DNA of 63,288 bases, the filler included, from Reclinomonas americana ATCC 50394 (lineage: Eukaryota): NCBI GenBank assembly GCA_048213135.1. It is 7 parts of 7 records of this genome, joined end to end, with 100 filler letters (N's around TTAATTAATTAA, not from the genome) between each part and the next. Parts side by side here need not be neighbours in the genome. Positions count along the whole stretch, not along the records: positions 19,055 to 46,906 come from AFZH01018702.1; positions 47,007 to 50,957 come from AFZH01018703.1; positions 51,058 to 54,901 come from AFZH01018704.1; 4 more parts are not named here. One strand, given 5' to 3'. The first letter of the stretch is position 1. Each line of letters opens with the position of its first letter. The notes beneath the pieces were generated by a model that was not told where the DNA came from, made no database searches, and was given only the letters and a program-made list of their open reading frames with translations. Positions 43,270-52,455 of this stretch are shown in pieces. Position numbers and translations under genes: made by a program.

Positions 43270-43659
43270 ATGATGGACGAGAACAACGCTGTTCCGCAAT
43301 ACAACTGGGAATCGATTCCTGAGCGCGAATTGCGCAAAGGCGTGACACAGAAGGTATTCAGGGGGGATGATGTGGTTGTTGGCCAGACGACGTTATGGCC
43401 AGGTATGCAAACTGCTCCACACAGCCACCCGTGGGAGCAGATTTTTATGATCCTCAAAGGGCGGGTTACGCTTCATGTGGGAAATCAGACATACGATTGC
43501 CCTGCAGGTACCGTCATCAGAATTCCGCCAAACGTTGAGCATTGGGCTGATGGTCCTCGTCCAGAGGACGGACCCGCGCTCAACCTCGATATCTGGACCC
43601 CTCTTCGTCCGGACTACGCGAAGTTTACTGATTACCAAACGGACAAATTCAGTAAGTAG
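43270..43659 (+). CDS. Cupin domain protein
   Basis: PHSHPWEQIFMILKG...IPPNVEH. Confidence 0.9.
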   Translation: MMDENNAVPQYNWESIPERELRKGVTQKVFRGDDVVVGQTTLWPGMQTAPHSHPWEQIFMILKGRVTLHVGNQTYDCPAGTVIRIPPNVEHWADGPRPEDGPALNLDIWTPLRPDYAKFTDYQTDKFSK

Positions 43660-43859
43660 AAGTACCGGCTGTGAGTTACGACCCTGGCCTCTTCTGGCAG
43701 GCCAGGGTCTTCCCGGGCGTCGTTGTGTCCGCAGGAGTGGATATCCGCGCGAGAGCCAGGAGATGGTCTTCGATGCCCATGACCGGGCCTTCGCCTTCTT
43801 CAAGGGCGCCTGCACGCGCGGCATCTACGACAATCTATGGACGCCTCCCGCTGCAAGGT

Positions 43860-44085
43860 AGTTCTGTGGGCAACGTCGGCTTGGGTTGCATGAATCTATC
43901 CGGCCTATCGCTGGAGCGATCATGCTCCTGGCCTTGATGGGAGTCCGCTGCTTCTCGCCTCATAACATGATCGGCCTCGACGGCCTTGTCGTAGATCAGG
44001 CTTGGAAGCGGCGATCCTTGCCGTTGCACCATCAGTCTCCACCTCGCATTCACCGCCGCATCAGCGGCGATCCGGTTAGCCAACT
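43860..44085 (-). ncRNA. Predicted bridge RNA / seekRNA (ends approximate)
   Basis: Target guides 43986-43996 and 43964-43970 match the flanks; donor guides 43934-43942 and 43893-43899 match the element ends; each pair brackets a GGCC/GGCC stem. Confidence 0.88.
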
Positions 44086-44088
44086 TGA

Positions 44089-45093
44089 TTAGGCAGGTAT
44101 GTAGCTCTCCTTCCTCGCCATCAGCACCCAGGCGATCCGCGCGGTCTTGTTGGCGAGTGCGACTAGCGCCTTGTTGAATCCAGCTCGCGCCACGATGCCC
44201 TTCAGCCAAACCGACCGCCGATCATCGCGGCCGGCCAATCGGCTGATGACGGCACGGGCGCCATGGATCAGTTGGCGCCGCAGATAATGATTAGCGCGGC
44301 GACCGATGCCGCCGAGTCGGGGCTTGCCGCCGGTCGTGTATTGGCGAGGAACAAGACCGATCCATGCGGCGAGTTCGCGACCCGAGCGGAAGTGGCGGCC
44401 ATCATCGACAGCGGCAACAAGCGCAGTGGCGATCACTGGCCCTACACCGGGCAACGCAGTGAGCCGGCGACAGGCTTCGCGCTCACGGCAGAGCGTCACG
44501 AGCTTTGCATCGAGCCTAGAAAGCCTGGCTTCAACGTCGTGCAATTGGTCGAGAAGGTCTGTGAACAGCTCACACGCAAGTTCAGAAAGACCTGCGTCGG
44601 CGATCATCGCGGGCGCCCGCTCGCGGAACCGCCACGACCCCTTCGGTAGCACGACGCCGTATTCAGCGAGCAGACCTCGCGCGTGATTGATGAGTGAGGT
44701 GCGCTGGACGACAAGCCGCTCGCGCACCCGATGCAGTGACTGCAAGTCCTGCTGCTCGGTCGTCTTCACCGGCACGAAGCGCATGGTGGGCCGCGATGCA
44801 GCTTCATAAATTGCCTCGGCGTCGACTGCGTCGTTTTTCGAACCGCGCACGAACGCCTTCACGAACCGTGGGTTGATGAGCATCACCCGCCTTCCATCCG
44901 CCTCGAACCGCCGGCCCCAGTGGTGCGCGCTCGCGCAGGCTTCCATCGCAACGACGGCGGGGGAAAGCTCGGCCACAGCGGCATCGAGCTTAGCGCGGCC
45001 GACCTTACGCGAGATCACCACACCTTCCGCATCGATCGCGTGCAGGTGAAACGACTGTTTGCCAAGATCGATGGCCAACAACTGAGTTGTCAT
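44089..45093 (-). CDS. IS110-family DEDD recombinase/transposase
   Basis: AIDLGK, MEAC, KNDAVDA (DEDD RuvC-like); LPGVGP, FRSGRELAAWIGLVPRQYTTGGK, LIHGARA, VALANKTARIAW; RBS AGGAGG. Confidence 0.96.
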   Translation of the reverse strand: MTTQLLAIDLGKQSFHLHAIDAEGVVISRKVGRAKLDAAVAELSPAVVAMEACASAHHWGRRFEADGRRVMLINPRFVKAFVRGSKNDAVDAEAIYEAASRPTMRFVPVKTTEQQDLQSLHRVRERLVVQRTSLINHARGLLAEYGVVLPKGSWRFRERAPAMIADAGLSELACELFTDLLDQLHDVEARLSRLDAKLVTLCREREACRRLTALPGVGPVIATALVAAVDDGRHFRSGRELAAWIGLVPRQYTTGGKPRLGGIGRRANHYLRRQLIHGARAVISRLAGRDDRRSVWLKGIVARAGFNKALVALANKTARIAWVLMARKESYIPA

Positions 45094-46062
45094 CGCTTTC
45101 CTCCTTCTGGTGAGGCACCCAAGGTGGCCGGAAAGCGGGAGGCGTCCATCCCATAACATGAAGACGGCGGTGGAGACGATCTTCGTCGGCAAGGAGCGGG
45201 CCTATAACCGCCGCTTCCAGCAGATGTGCAGCCATTACCTGGTCGATCCCGTCGCCTGTACGCCGGCCTCGGGCTGGGAGAAGGGGCAGGTCGAGAACCA
45301 GGTCGGGCTCGTGCGCGAGCGCTTCTTCGCTCCCCGCCTGCGGGTCAAGAACTACGACGAGTTGAACGCCTGGCTGCTGGATCAGGTGCTCCGTTATGCC
45401 AAGGCACACCGCCATCCCGAACAGCGTGACCGCACGATCTGGGAGATGTTCGAAGCCGAACGGGCAAGCCTCGTGCCTTACGCCGGGCGGTTCGATGGCT
45501 TCCATGCACTGCCGGCCTCGGTGTCGAAGACCTGTCTCGTGCGCTTCGACAACAACAAGTACTCGGTCATCGCGAGCGCGGTCGGGCGTCCCGTCGAGAT
45601 CCGCGCCTATGCCGATCGGATCGAGCTGCGCCAGGACGGGCGTATCGTCGGCGAGCATCCCCGCTGCTATGGCCGCGACCAGACCATCTACGATCCCTGG
45701 CACTATGTCCCGGTACTGGCTCGCAAGCCGGGAGCCCTGCGTAACGGCGCGCCCTTCAAGGATTGGGTCCTGCCCGGTGCGATCGACCGGGTCCGACGCA
45801 AGCTTGCTGCCGTTCAAGACGGCGATCGGCAGATGGTCGAGATCCTCGCCGCGGTGCTCAGCGACGGGTTACCTGCCGTCGAAGCTGCCTGCGCGGACGC
45901 CCTTCGGCAGGGCGTCCACTCCGCCGACGTGATCATCAACATCCTGGCCCGGCGCCGGGAGCCGGCGGCAGCGATCACGATCATGACGCCCGATGCCTTG
46001 CGGCTGCGCCATGAGCCCGCCGCCGATTGTGCCCGCTACGACAGCCTCAGGAGAGCCGTGTG

Positions 46063-46791
46063 ATGGAACGCTCGGAGATTCTCGCCACCATGGGCGAGCT
46101 CAAGCTCTATGGCATGAAGGCCGCCTTCGACGAGATCATCGCCACAGCGGTGAAGCGCCAGCACGAGCCGCAGCGCGTCGTCGGCGATCTGCTCGCCGCC
46201 GAGATCGCCGAGAAGCAGGCCCGTTCGATCAAGTATCAGATCACCATCGCCAAGCTGCCGCTCGCCAAGGATGTCGCCGACTTCGCCTTTGACGGCACCC
46301 CGATCAACGAGACCCTCGTTCATGATCTCGCCGGCGGCAACTTCCTGGCGCACCAGCGCAACGTTGTCCTCGTCGGCGGGACTGGGACCGGCAAGACCCA
46401 TCTCGCCATCGCGATCGCCCGGGCCTGCATCCGTGCCGGTGCTCGCGGCCGCTTCTTCAACGTCGTCGATCTCGTCAACAAGCTCGAGGCCGAAGCCCGC
46501 GCCGGCCGCCAGGGCCGCATGGCCGATTATCTCGCCCGCATGGACTTCATCGTCCTCGACGAACTTGGCTATCTGCCCTTCGCACAGTCCGGAGGACAAC
46601 TGCTCTTCCACCTGGTCAGCAGGCTCTACGAGCAGAGCTCCGTCATCGTCACCACGAACCTCGCCTTCGGCGAATGGCCGTCCGTCTTCGGCGACGCCAA
46701 GATGACCACCGCGCTCCTCGACCGGCTCACCCATCACTGCGACATCGTCGAAACCGGCAACGAGAGCTGGCGCTTCAAGAACAGGCTCTGA
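46063..46791 (+). CDS. istB: IS21 helper ATPase IstB
   Basis: [31 protein letters not shown]. Confidence 0.96.
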   Translation: MERSEILATMGELKLYGMKAAFDEIIATAVKRQHEPQRVVGDLLAAEIAEKQARSIKYQITIAKLPLAKDVADFAFDGTPINETLVHDLAGGNFLAHQRNVVLVGGTGTGKTHLAIAIARACIRAGARGRFFNVVDLVNKLEAEARAGRQGRMADYLARMDFIVLDELGYLPFAQSGGQLLFHLVSRLYEQSSVIVTTNLAFGEWPSVFGDAKMTTALLDRLTHHCDIVETGNESWRFKNRL

Positions 46792-47006
46792 GCCTCCCCG
46801 AGACCCAACGATCCGGAGCCGGCGCGGCTGCGCAATCCAGACCAGCTCCGCCGCGCCGCCTCCTCGCCGCGAAGCATACTCAAGGGGTCAACATTGGACG
46901 CCAATCNNNNNNNNNNNNNNNNNNNNNNNNNNNNNNNNNNNNNNNNNNNNTTAATTAATTAANNNNNNNNNNNNNNNNNNNNNNNNNNNNNNNNNNNNNN
47001 NNNNNN

Positions 47007-47437
47007 AACTCCCGCTCGTAGCCATTGGCGACCATGCCACCGATCAGCTTCTCGCCGAATTTGCTGACCCCGCCGGTGTGCTTGAAAGTCGCCATGGCGC
47101 GGCGAAGCTGGTCGGCTTCGCCAGGCGTGAAGCCGGCGCATTCGATGGCGACCCGCATCGCCTGTTCCTGGAACAGCGGCACGCCGAGCGTTTTGCCGAG
47201 CACGGCTTCGAGCTCGGGCTTGGGATAGACGACGTCCTCCTTGCCTTCACGCCGGCGCAGATAGGGATGCACCATGTCGCCCTGGATCGGGCCCGGCCGC
47301 ACGATCGCGACCTCGATGACAAGATCGTAGAAGGTGCGAGGCTTAATCCGCGGGAGCATCGCCATCTGCGCACGGCTCTCGATCTGGAATGTGCCAAGCG
47401 TGTCGGCCCTGCAGATCATCGCGTAGGTGCGCGGATC
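47007..47437 (-). pseudogene. dnaE2: Error-prone DNA polymerase DnaE2 (ImuC) internal fragment
   Basis: [55 protein letters not shown]; the 5' part is replaced by the KAP gene and the 3' part runs into the gap. Confidence 0.92.
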
Positions 47438-48303
47438 TCCGGAGCGAGGACTTCGTGGAACAGATTGAGCACATGCACCCCCAGCTCCTCGCTTGGTTCA
47501 CCCGTCAAACCAAAGAGCTGCACCTGGAGATGTCGCTGCAGGTCGGCAGGAGCGGCTGAAGGCAGCTCAAATGACGCCTGCACGATCTTTTCGAGATAAT
47601 GCGGCCCTTCGCTCGGGAACCGCTCTTGCACAACCTTCTCCGCCAAGCGGCGATCGAAGGCCAGCACATAGATCACATTGGGAAGGCGTCCGACGGATTT
47701 GACCAGCCGAAACATCGCGAGCGCCTCATCGGGCGCGAGCCGATCGATGTCGTCGATCAGGATGACGAAGCGCTTCTTTTGCTCGGCAAGTGCATCGGCG
47801 AGTTCGCGATGCAGCTTCTCGACGCTGTCGCCATCGGAAATCAGGCCGCTCAGCCACTGCATAGTGCCGGATGCAATTGCACCAGCGCCGCCGGCGCCGA
47901 GCGCGTCAGCAGTCGGGGCAACCACGCTTCCCGCTTTCAGGAGCCGCGCGCCAAGCTTTGGAAGCAATTGCTTGGCTTTGGCTGCAAGACTGGGATCAAG
48001 CGCCGCGTTCAGCTCGCGGAAGAATGCCAAAACCAGCGCCTCCTCCCCACGAAACCACCAGGGATTGAAGGAAACGACCGCCAGCTCGTCAGCGGCCACC
48101 GCATCCGCCAGGCTCAGCCTCAACAGATTCATCGCGCTGCTTTTGCCAGAGCCCCAAGGTCCGTTCAGACCGATCACAACGCCTTGCGGCGTCTTCATCT
48201 GACGGACGCTGCGGCCCAGCGCCTGCACAAATGGCATGATGCCGAACAGATCCTGCTCGGGGTTGCTGATTGGCAGATCGCCGTAATCCAGCTCGAGTGT
48301 CAT
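47416..48303 (-). CDS. KAP-family P-loop NTPase, probably C-terminally truncated
   Basis: [42 protein letters not shown]; its stop lies inside dnaE2-derived sequence. Confidence 0.9.
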   Translation of the reverse strand: MTLELDYGDLPISNPEQDLFGIMPFVQALGRSVRQMKTPQGVVIGLNGPWGSGKSSAMNLLRLSLADAVAADELAVVSFNPWWFRGEEALVLAFFRELNAALDPSLAAKAKQLLPKLGARLLKAGSVVAPTADALGAGGAGAIASGTMQWLSGLISDGDSVEKLHRELADALAEQKKRFVILIDDIDRLAPDEALAMFRLVKSVGRLPNVIYVLAFDRRLAEKVVQERFPSEGPHYLEKIVQASFELPSAAPADLQRHLQVQLFGLTGEPSEELGVHVLNLFHEVLAPEIRAPTR

Positions 48304-48313
48304 CGGTTGAACG

Positions 48314-48844
48314 TCAGGCCTTGGGCCAGGAGGATTGATCTTTGGGAAGGCTCTCGTCTGGATCGTGGACTGCGACGGAATCAGAAGCGCTCAGGTTTGC
48401 GCCGAAAACGACCAGATTAGTTCCACCCGGATGCCGGAGTGAGGGGAACAAGATCCCCCCGTAGCCCGCGGAAATCACAGCATCCGCAAGCAGCCAGGAT
48501 GGCGGGATCTTGCCCAGGATGTTGTAGATTTTCCGCCAGTCACAGTCCCATGACGCCCAGGCCGCTGCCCAGATATTCGGATCGTATCCCGCTGAGAAAT
48601 CGACGACTTGTTGAAGGTCGATCTTGTATGCAGCAAGCGTCGCGGGTCGAGTCAATGACGAACCCTGGCGATATTCCTCCAGCGCAGTCTGCGGCGCGCG
48701 CGAAAGATAAAGCGCCTCGACACCAATTCGATTGAAGCGGCCGCCGACCATAGCAGCGCCCGCTCCGCTTGTCGGCACGAAGGCCCACTTTGGCGTCAGA
48801 TAGCGATGGAAGACCTCGTCCGGTCCAAGCCGGACAAGCTTCAT
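48314..48844 (-). CDS. RES-domain toxin
   Basis: SGAGAA..GGRFN, ALYLS, TALEE, GILFPS, GGTNLVVF; ATGA-coupled to the upstream antitoxin. Confidence 0.92.
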   Translation of the reverse strand: MKLVRLGPDEVFHRYLTPKWAFVPTSGAGAAMVGGRFNRIGVEALYLSRAPQTALEEYRQGSSLTRPATLAAYKIDLQQVVDFSAGYDPNIWAAAWASWDCDWRKIYNILGKIPPSWLLADAVISAGYGGILFPSLRHPGGTNLVVFGANLSASDSVAVHDPDESLPKDQSSWPKA

Positions 48845-49227
48845 CCGCTCGCTCCGATTTCGAGGGCTTGCAGGTACCTCAATACAGCTTCGCTGTGACC
48901 TTCGGCCACCAGCTCCGCAGCCGTTTTATGATCATAGTCGGAAATCGGTTCATTCATGAACCAATAAATTGCCTTGTCGAGATCGCCCGCGAGCTCAGCA
49001 GCGGCCGTTATGACCTTTGCCATCTCGCGAAACCGACCTTGAAGCCTCTCGGAGCTGGGCTTGCGCAGCGTGTTCCGATGAACACCTGTCATTTTCGCCA
49101 AGCTCGAAACCTGGATGCCTAGCACCTTCGAGAGGCGCCCTGGAGAAATATAGGGGGTCTTCGGTTCCTGCAGCTTCTGCATAAAGCCCGACACAATCGC
49201 CGGACCAAGTCTCTCAGCATGTGCCAT
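48841..49227 (-). CDS. Xre/MbcA/ParS-type antitoxin
   Basis: HTH LAKMTGVHRNTL plus AIYWFMNEPI..YDHKTAAELV.EG...VLRYL. Confidence 0.9.
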   Translation of the reverse strand: MAHAERLGPAIVSGFMQKLQEPKTPYISPGRLSKVLGIQVSSLAKMTGVHRNTLRKPSSERLQGRFREMAKVITAAAELAGDLDKAIYWFMNEPISDYDHKTAAELVAEGHSEAVLRYLQALEIGASG

Positions 49228-49441
49228 GGTCAAACTCCGCTACCACTTCCGCACAATATATGCACACCCCCGCGCACATCAAGCGCTGTGTAACGAGCAC
49301 ACCGGACTCCAACGGGACGAGAGCATCCAACGGCACGGCACGATGAGCGTTGATTGGGGCGTGCGTCGCAGCACCGCGCTCGGTATCGGCGAAATGAAGC
49401 CACCAGTACATACCAAGCCTATGGGCCTTGCCGTCCCGGGT

Positions 49442-50089
49442 TTAATCAAGCTGCCCAGGGAAATTCACGCGGCGCCCTGTCTCCAGGTTACGCACCATAT
49501 TCTCGATCGCGATAGCGTAGAACTCGCCGACGTGGAAGCCGACGATGTCATTCAAATTGCGCTGATGGCTCGCGATGATATCGATCACACAGTTTACCAG
49601 CGCAATGACCGCCTTCGCGCTCAAAGGATAGTCTACATAGATTGCTTTGGGGTCATTGAAATAACGCTTATCAAGATGGGCAAAAAATTTATCGCGTCGC
49701 GCCATGATCATCGTGATTGTAGGTCGGTGCGCCTCGAGCTCATCCATCTGGGCTTGGATTATATTCTCGTCCGGCGCGGCCGCGCTCCACGAAATGTACT
49801 CTCGGTTCTTCAGGCAAAACTCGAGGAACGTGAACAAGCTTCGATCGCTGCGGTTCGACTTTTCAAGCAACTTGGCCGTCGCGAGATGAAGATCAATTTC
49901 GACAGAATGGATCATCGCGGCAAGCATGGGCTCGATTTTCCAAAGCTTTTCGCGACGTGTGGCGTGCTCCTGCAGCAAGGTCGAATAAATTGCGAGCTTC
50001 GGAACTAGCCCCGGCGGCTCATTTCCGTGAATGAGCTCCGCGTAACGCGAAAGACGTTCTTCGTAACTTGCCTGAATCTGAGCTTTCAC
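49442..50089 (-). CDS. HEPN-domain protein (AbiU2-like)
   Basis: Helical 215-aa protein with an R-x5-H motif (RRDKFFAHLD) and an AKL.E...RSL segment; visibly lower GC than its neighbours. Confidence 0.65.
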   Translation of the reverse strand: MKAQIQASYEERLSRYAELIHGNEPPGLVPKLAIYSTLLQEHATRREKLWKIEPMLAAMIHSVEIDLHLATAKLLEKSNRSDRSLFTFLEFCLKNREYISWSAAAPDENIIQAQMDELEAHRPTITMIMARRDKFFAHLDKRYFNDPKAIYVDYPLSAKAVIALVNCVIDIIASHQRNLNDIVGFHVGEFYAIAIENMVRNLETGRRVNFPGQLD

Positions 50090-50169
50090 GATTGTATCTG
50101 TTCTTTAGCACGCGCTACCTAAATTATTCTGCGGCTTGCCCTCGGGCACAGCCTGATAGGCTTCACATT

Positions 50170-50957
50170 TTACAGGATTCCCCAAGCGCGATAGCTGCCC
50201 CTCCCCGTCAACTCCCGCACTCCGAGCTCGGCAATTAGATTGAGCGCACCGCGGGGCGTCACATCGGCAGCCTTCGCCACCATGGCAGCCGAAATAATTG
50301 GGCGAGAAAGGATCAGCTCGATCGTGGCCGGAAGGCTGCTGGTCGACCGGCGACCGCGGAGCTTGCGCTCCATGAGCTGGCGAGCCTGATCCAGCCGGGC
50401 GATCTCCTTCATCCCCGATTCCGCCGTCAGGCACATCGCATCAAGGGAGGCGAGCAAACGCTTTGTCCGATCATGAGAACGCCGCCGTTCGCGAGTTACC
50501 GCTTTCAGGCCGAGGTTGAGTGCTGGCAGGTGCGAAACGACTTTGCCTCGCGCCCGCAAACAGGCGGCGGCCAGCTGCCCGCCCAGCCAATGCTGCCGCT
50601 GCAACGGTTGAATGGTTTCCCACGCATCGAGGAGGAGCGCGGCCGACAGCACAGGCGGCAAATTAGCTGTATCCCTCCTGACTTCATGCCATTCGGACAG
50701 CCGCTCCTGCTCGTCCCACCCCGCATCGCGGATAACGAGCTCGCCGACGACGAGCGACAACTTCTCAGAAGCCACCGTCGGCGCCGGCGTGGCGACCCCC
50801 TCGAGAGCACGCCGCGAGCGTTCGAGCACCGCATCGATGTGTGCGAGCTCGCGAGAGAGCGGATCATTGTCTTCATCGGGAGGCTCGTCATCCCCTCCTC
50901 TCCCCTCTCATCAGCAACGCCTGGTGCTTTCGATTGGCTGACTGTCCGCCGTCAGCG
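50170..50957 (-). CDS. DUF1612/HTH (RHE_PE00001-like) protein, 3' part
   Basis: WDEQERL.EW, LPPVL.AA...DAW, RRSTSSLP, ELTGRGSYRAWGIL; family common on rhizobial plasmids; 5' part in the gap. Confidence 0.8.
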
Positions 50958-51098
50958 NNNNNNNNNNNNNNNNNNNNNNNNNNNNNNNNNNNNNNNNNNN
51001 NTTAATTAATTAANNNNNNNNNNNNNNNNNNNNNNNNNNNNNNNNNNNNNNNNNNNNCCTCAATATGCGATATAAAACTGTTCTATGAGTTTTTCTCG

Positions 51099-51998
51099 AT
51101 GATTGACCTGCAACAGCTTAGGGTGTTCGTACGCATCGCGGAGCTGAGCAGCTTTACCAAAGCGGCGTTGGCACTCGGCATCACCCAGCCCAGTGTTAGC
51201 TACACGGTCAAGGAACTCGAAAGAGCGTGGGGGAGCCCGCTATTCTATCGAACGGGGCGCGGGGTCACGCTGTCCGAATTCGGTGAGTTGGCGCTCCTGC
51301 GGACGCGAGCCCTAATCGCGGAAGCCGATCGCGTCTTTGAGGAATTGCGAGCCCATAGCAAACTGCCGAGCGGCGATGTATCGCTGGCCCTCCCTCATTC
51401 GCTCGTACCGAGCGTTCTTCCGGAGCTACTTAGTCAGTTGCGACGAGAAGCTCCCGGCATTCATTTGAAGGTGCGTGAGGCCTTCAGCGACCAGATTGAG
51501 CGCTGGTTGTCGGAAGGCGTCGTCGATGTCAGCATCTCGAATTGCTACGGTGAGGGGCCGATGGCGATTGATGGGGCCTTTGCATCGCCGCTGGTTTTAA
51601 TCGGTCCGCAGCGATTTGCGCCGTTCCCCCCGGAAATCGCTTTCCAAGATCTGCCGCGCTATCCGCTTGTCTTGCCGGCGGAGCCGAATGGGCTTCGGCT
51701 CTTCCTTGAAGGCATCGCGCGGCGGCTTCGCATCACCCTCAACGTTGCCGTTGATGCCGACACGATCTACGCTCAGAGGCAGATGTGCGAAGCCTGCGGT
51801 TTCTGCATGATTTCAGCGCCGCTCGCGTTTGCCGATGACGATGGCGTCTCCCCACCCAAGAGCCTGATCGTGGGACCAAATCTTCACCGCCATGTGGCCA
51901 TAGCCACCACTCAGGTCCGACCGCTCGGCCGAGCGGCGCGCGACGTCACAAAGAGGCTTGAGAGGCTCGTGAGAACCGCGCTCGCTCGCACTCCCTGA
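51099..51998 (+). CDS. LysR-family regulator
   Basis: LQQLRVF, SFTKAA..LGITQPSVS, LFYRTGRGV. Confidence 0.95.
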   Translation: MIDLQQLRVFVRIAELSSFTKAALALGITQPSVSYTVKELERAWGSPLFYRTGRGVTLSEFGELALLRTRALIAEADRVFEELRAHSKLPSGDVSLALPHSLVPSVLPELLSQLRREAPGIHLKVREAFSDQIERWLSEGVVDVSISNCYGEGPMAIDGAFASPLVLIGPQRFAPFPPEIAFQDLPRYPLVLPAEPNGLRLFLEGIARRLRITLNVAVDADTIYAQRQMCEACGFCMISAPLAFADDDGVSPPKSLIVGPNLHRHVAIATTQVRPLGRAARDVTKRLERLVRTALARTP

Positions 51999-52455
51999 CC
52001 TATGTGAAGTTTGAGGGAGCATCTGAACTGTGGCTACGGGGTTTATTCCATTTCTCCTTTTATTGACGCAGATTGAGCCTATATAATCCTAATATTATAG
52101 TAAAATGGCAGGTATATCTGTATGTCGAGTGTGTGTCGCATAAGGTTTGTTATGGAACGGCCCGGCGGTTTCGCTGTGTCAGAAGATGGCGACGGCGCGG
52201 CGACCGAAGCTGGCCCATTCCTGACTTCCAAAACGTCCGGTTTCGGGCAGTTCAGTTTGGAGGTATCCTCGCGGCCAGATCCGACCAATTTCTGACGCTA
52301 GCCATATCCGTTTTCGGGTTCTTCGTCTGACCCTATCGAATTGCTCTGCGGTGACGGCTTCGATCGGTTGCTGGGCTACTGGGCTGCTCGCAGGCCGGCA
52401 CTGATCCTTGTTTCACAAGTGCATCAACCAGCTACATGACTGGAGAGAGCGACGG

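Larger units (their letters stand above)
43834..45156 (-). mobile_element. IS110-family element of the IS1111 type
   Basis: Perfect 16-bp subterminal IRs ATGGACGCCTCCCGCT (43837-43852, 45134-45149), 3 and 7 nt from the ends; no TSD beyond the shared 2-nt core AA; long non-coding region 3' of the transposase. Confidence 0.96.
43743..46063 (+). pseudogene. istA: IS21 istA, 5'-deleted and split (43743-43833, 45157-46063)
   Basis: YPRESQEMVFDAHDRAF...RGIYD before the break, NMKTAVETIF...WEKGQVE after it; removing the IS110 restores IYDNMK. Confidence 0.93.
43670..46906 (+). mobile_element. Defective IS21-family element carrying an IS110 insertion
   Basis: Probable left-end remnant with hairpin 43680-43709, istA lacking its 5' part, istB, and right-end repeat GGGGTCAACATTGGACGCC running into the gap. 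Confidence 0.85.
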
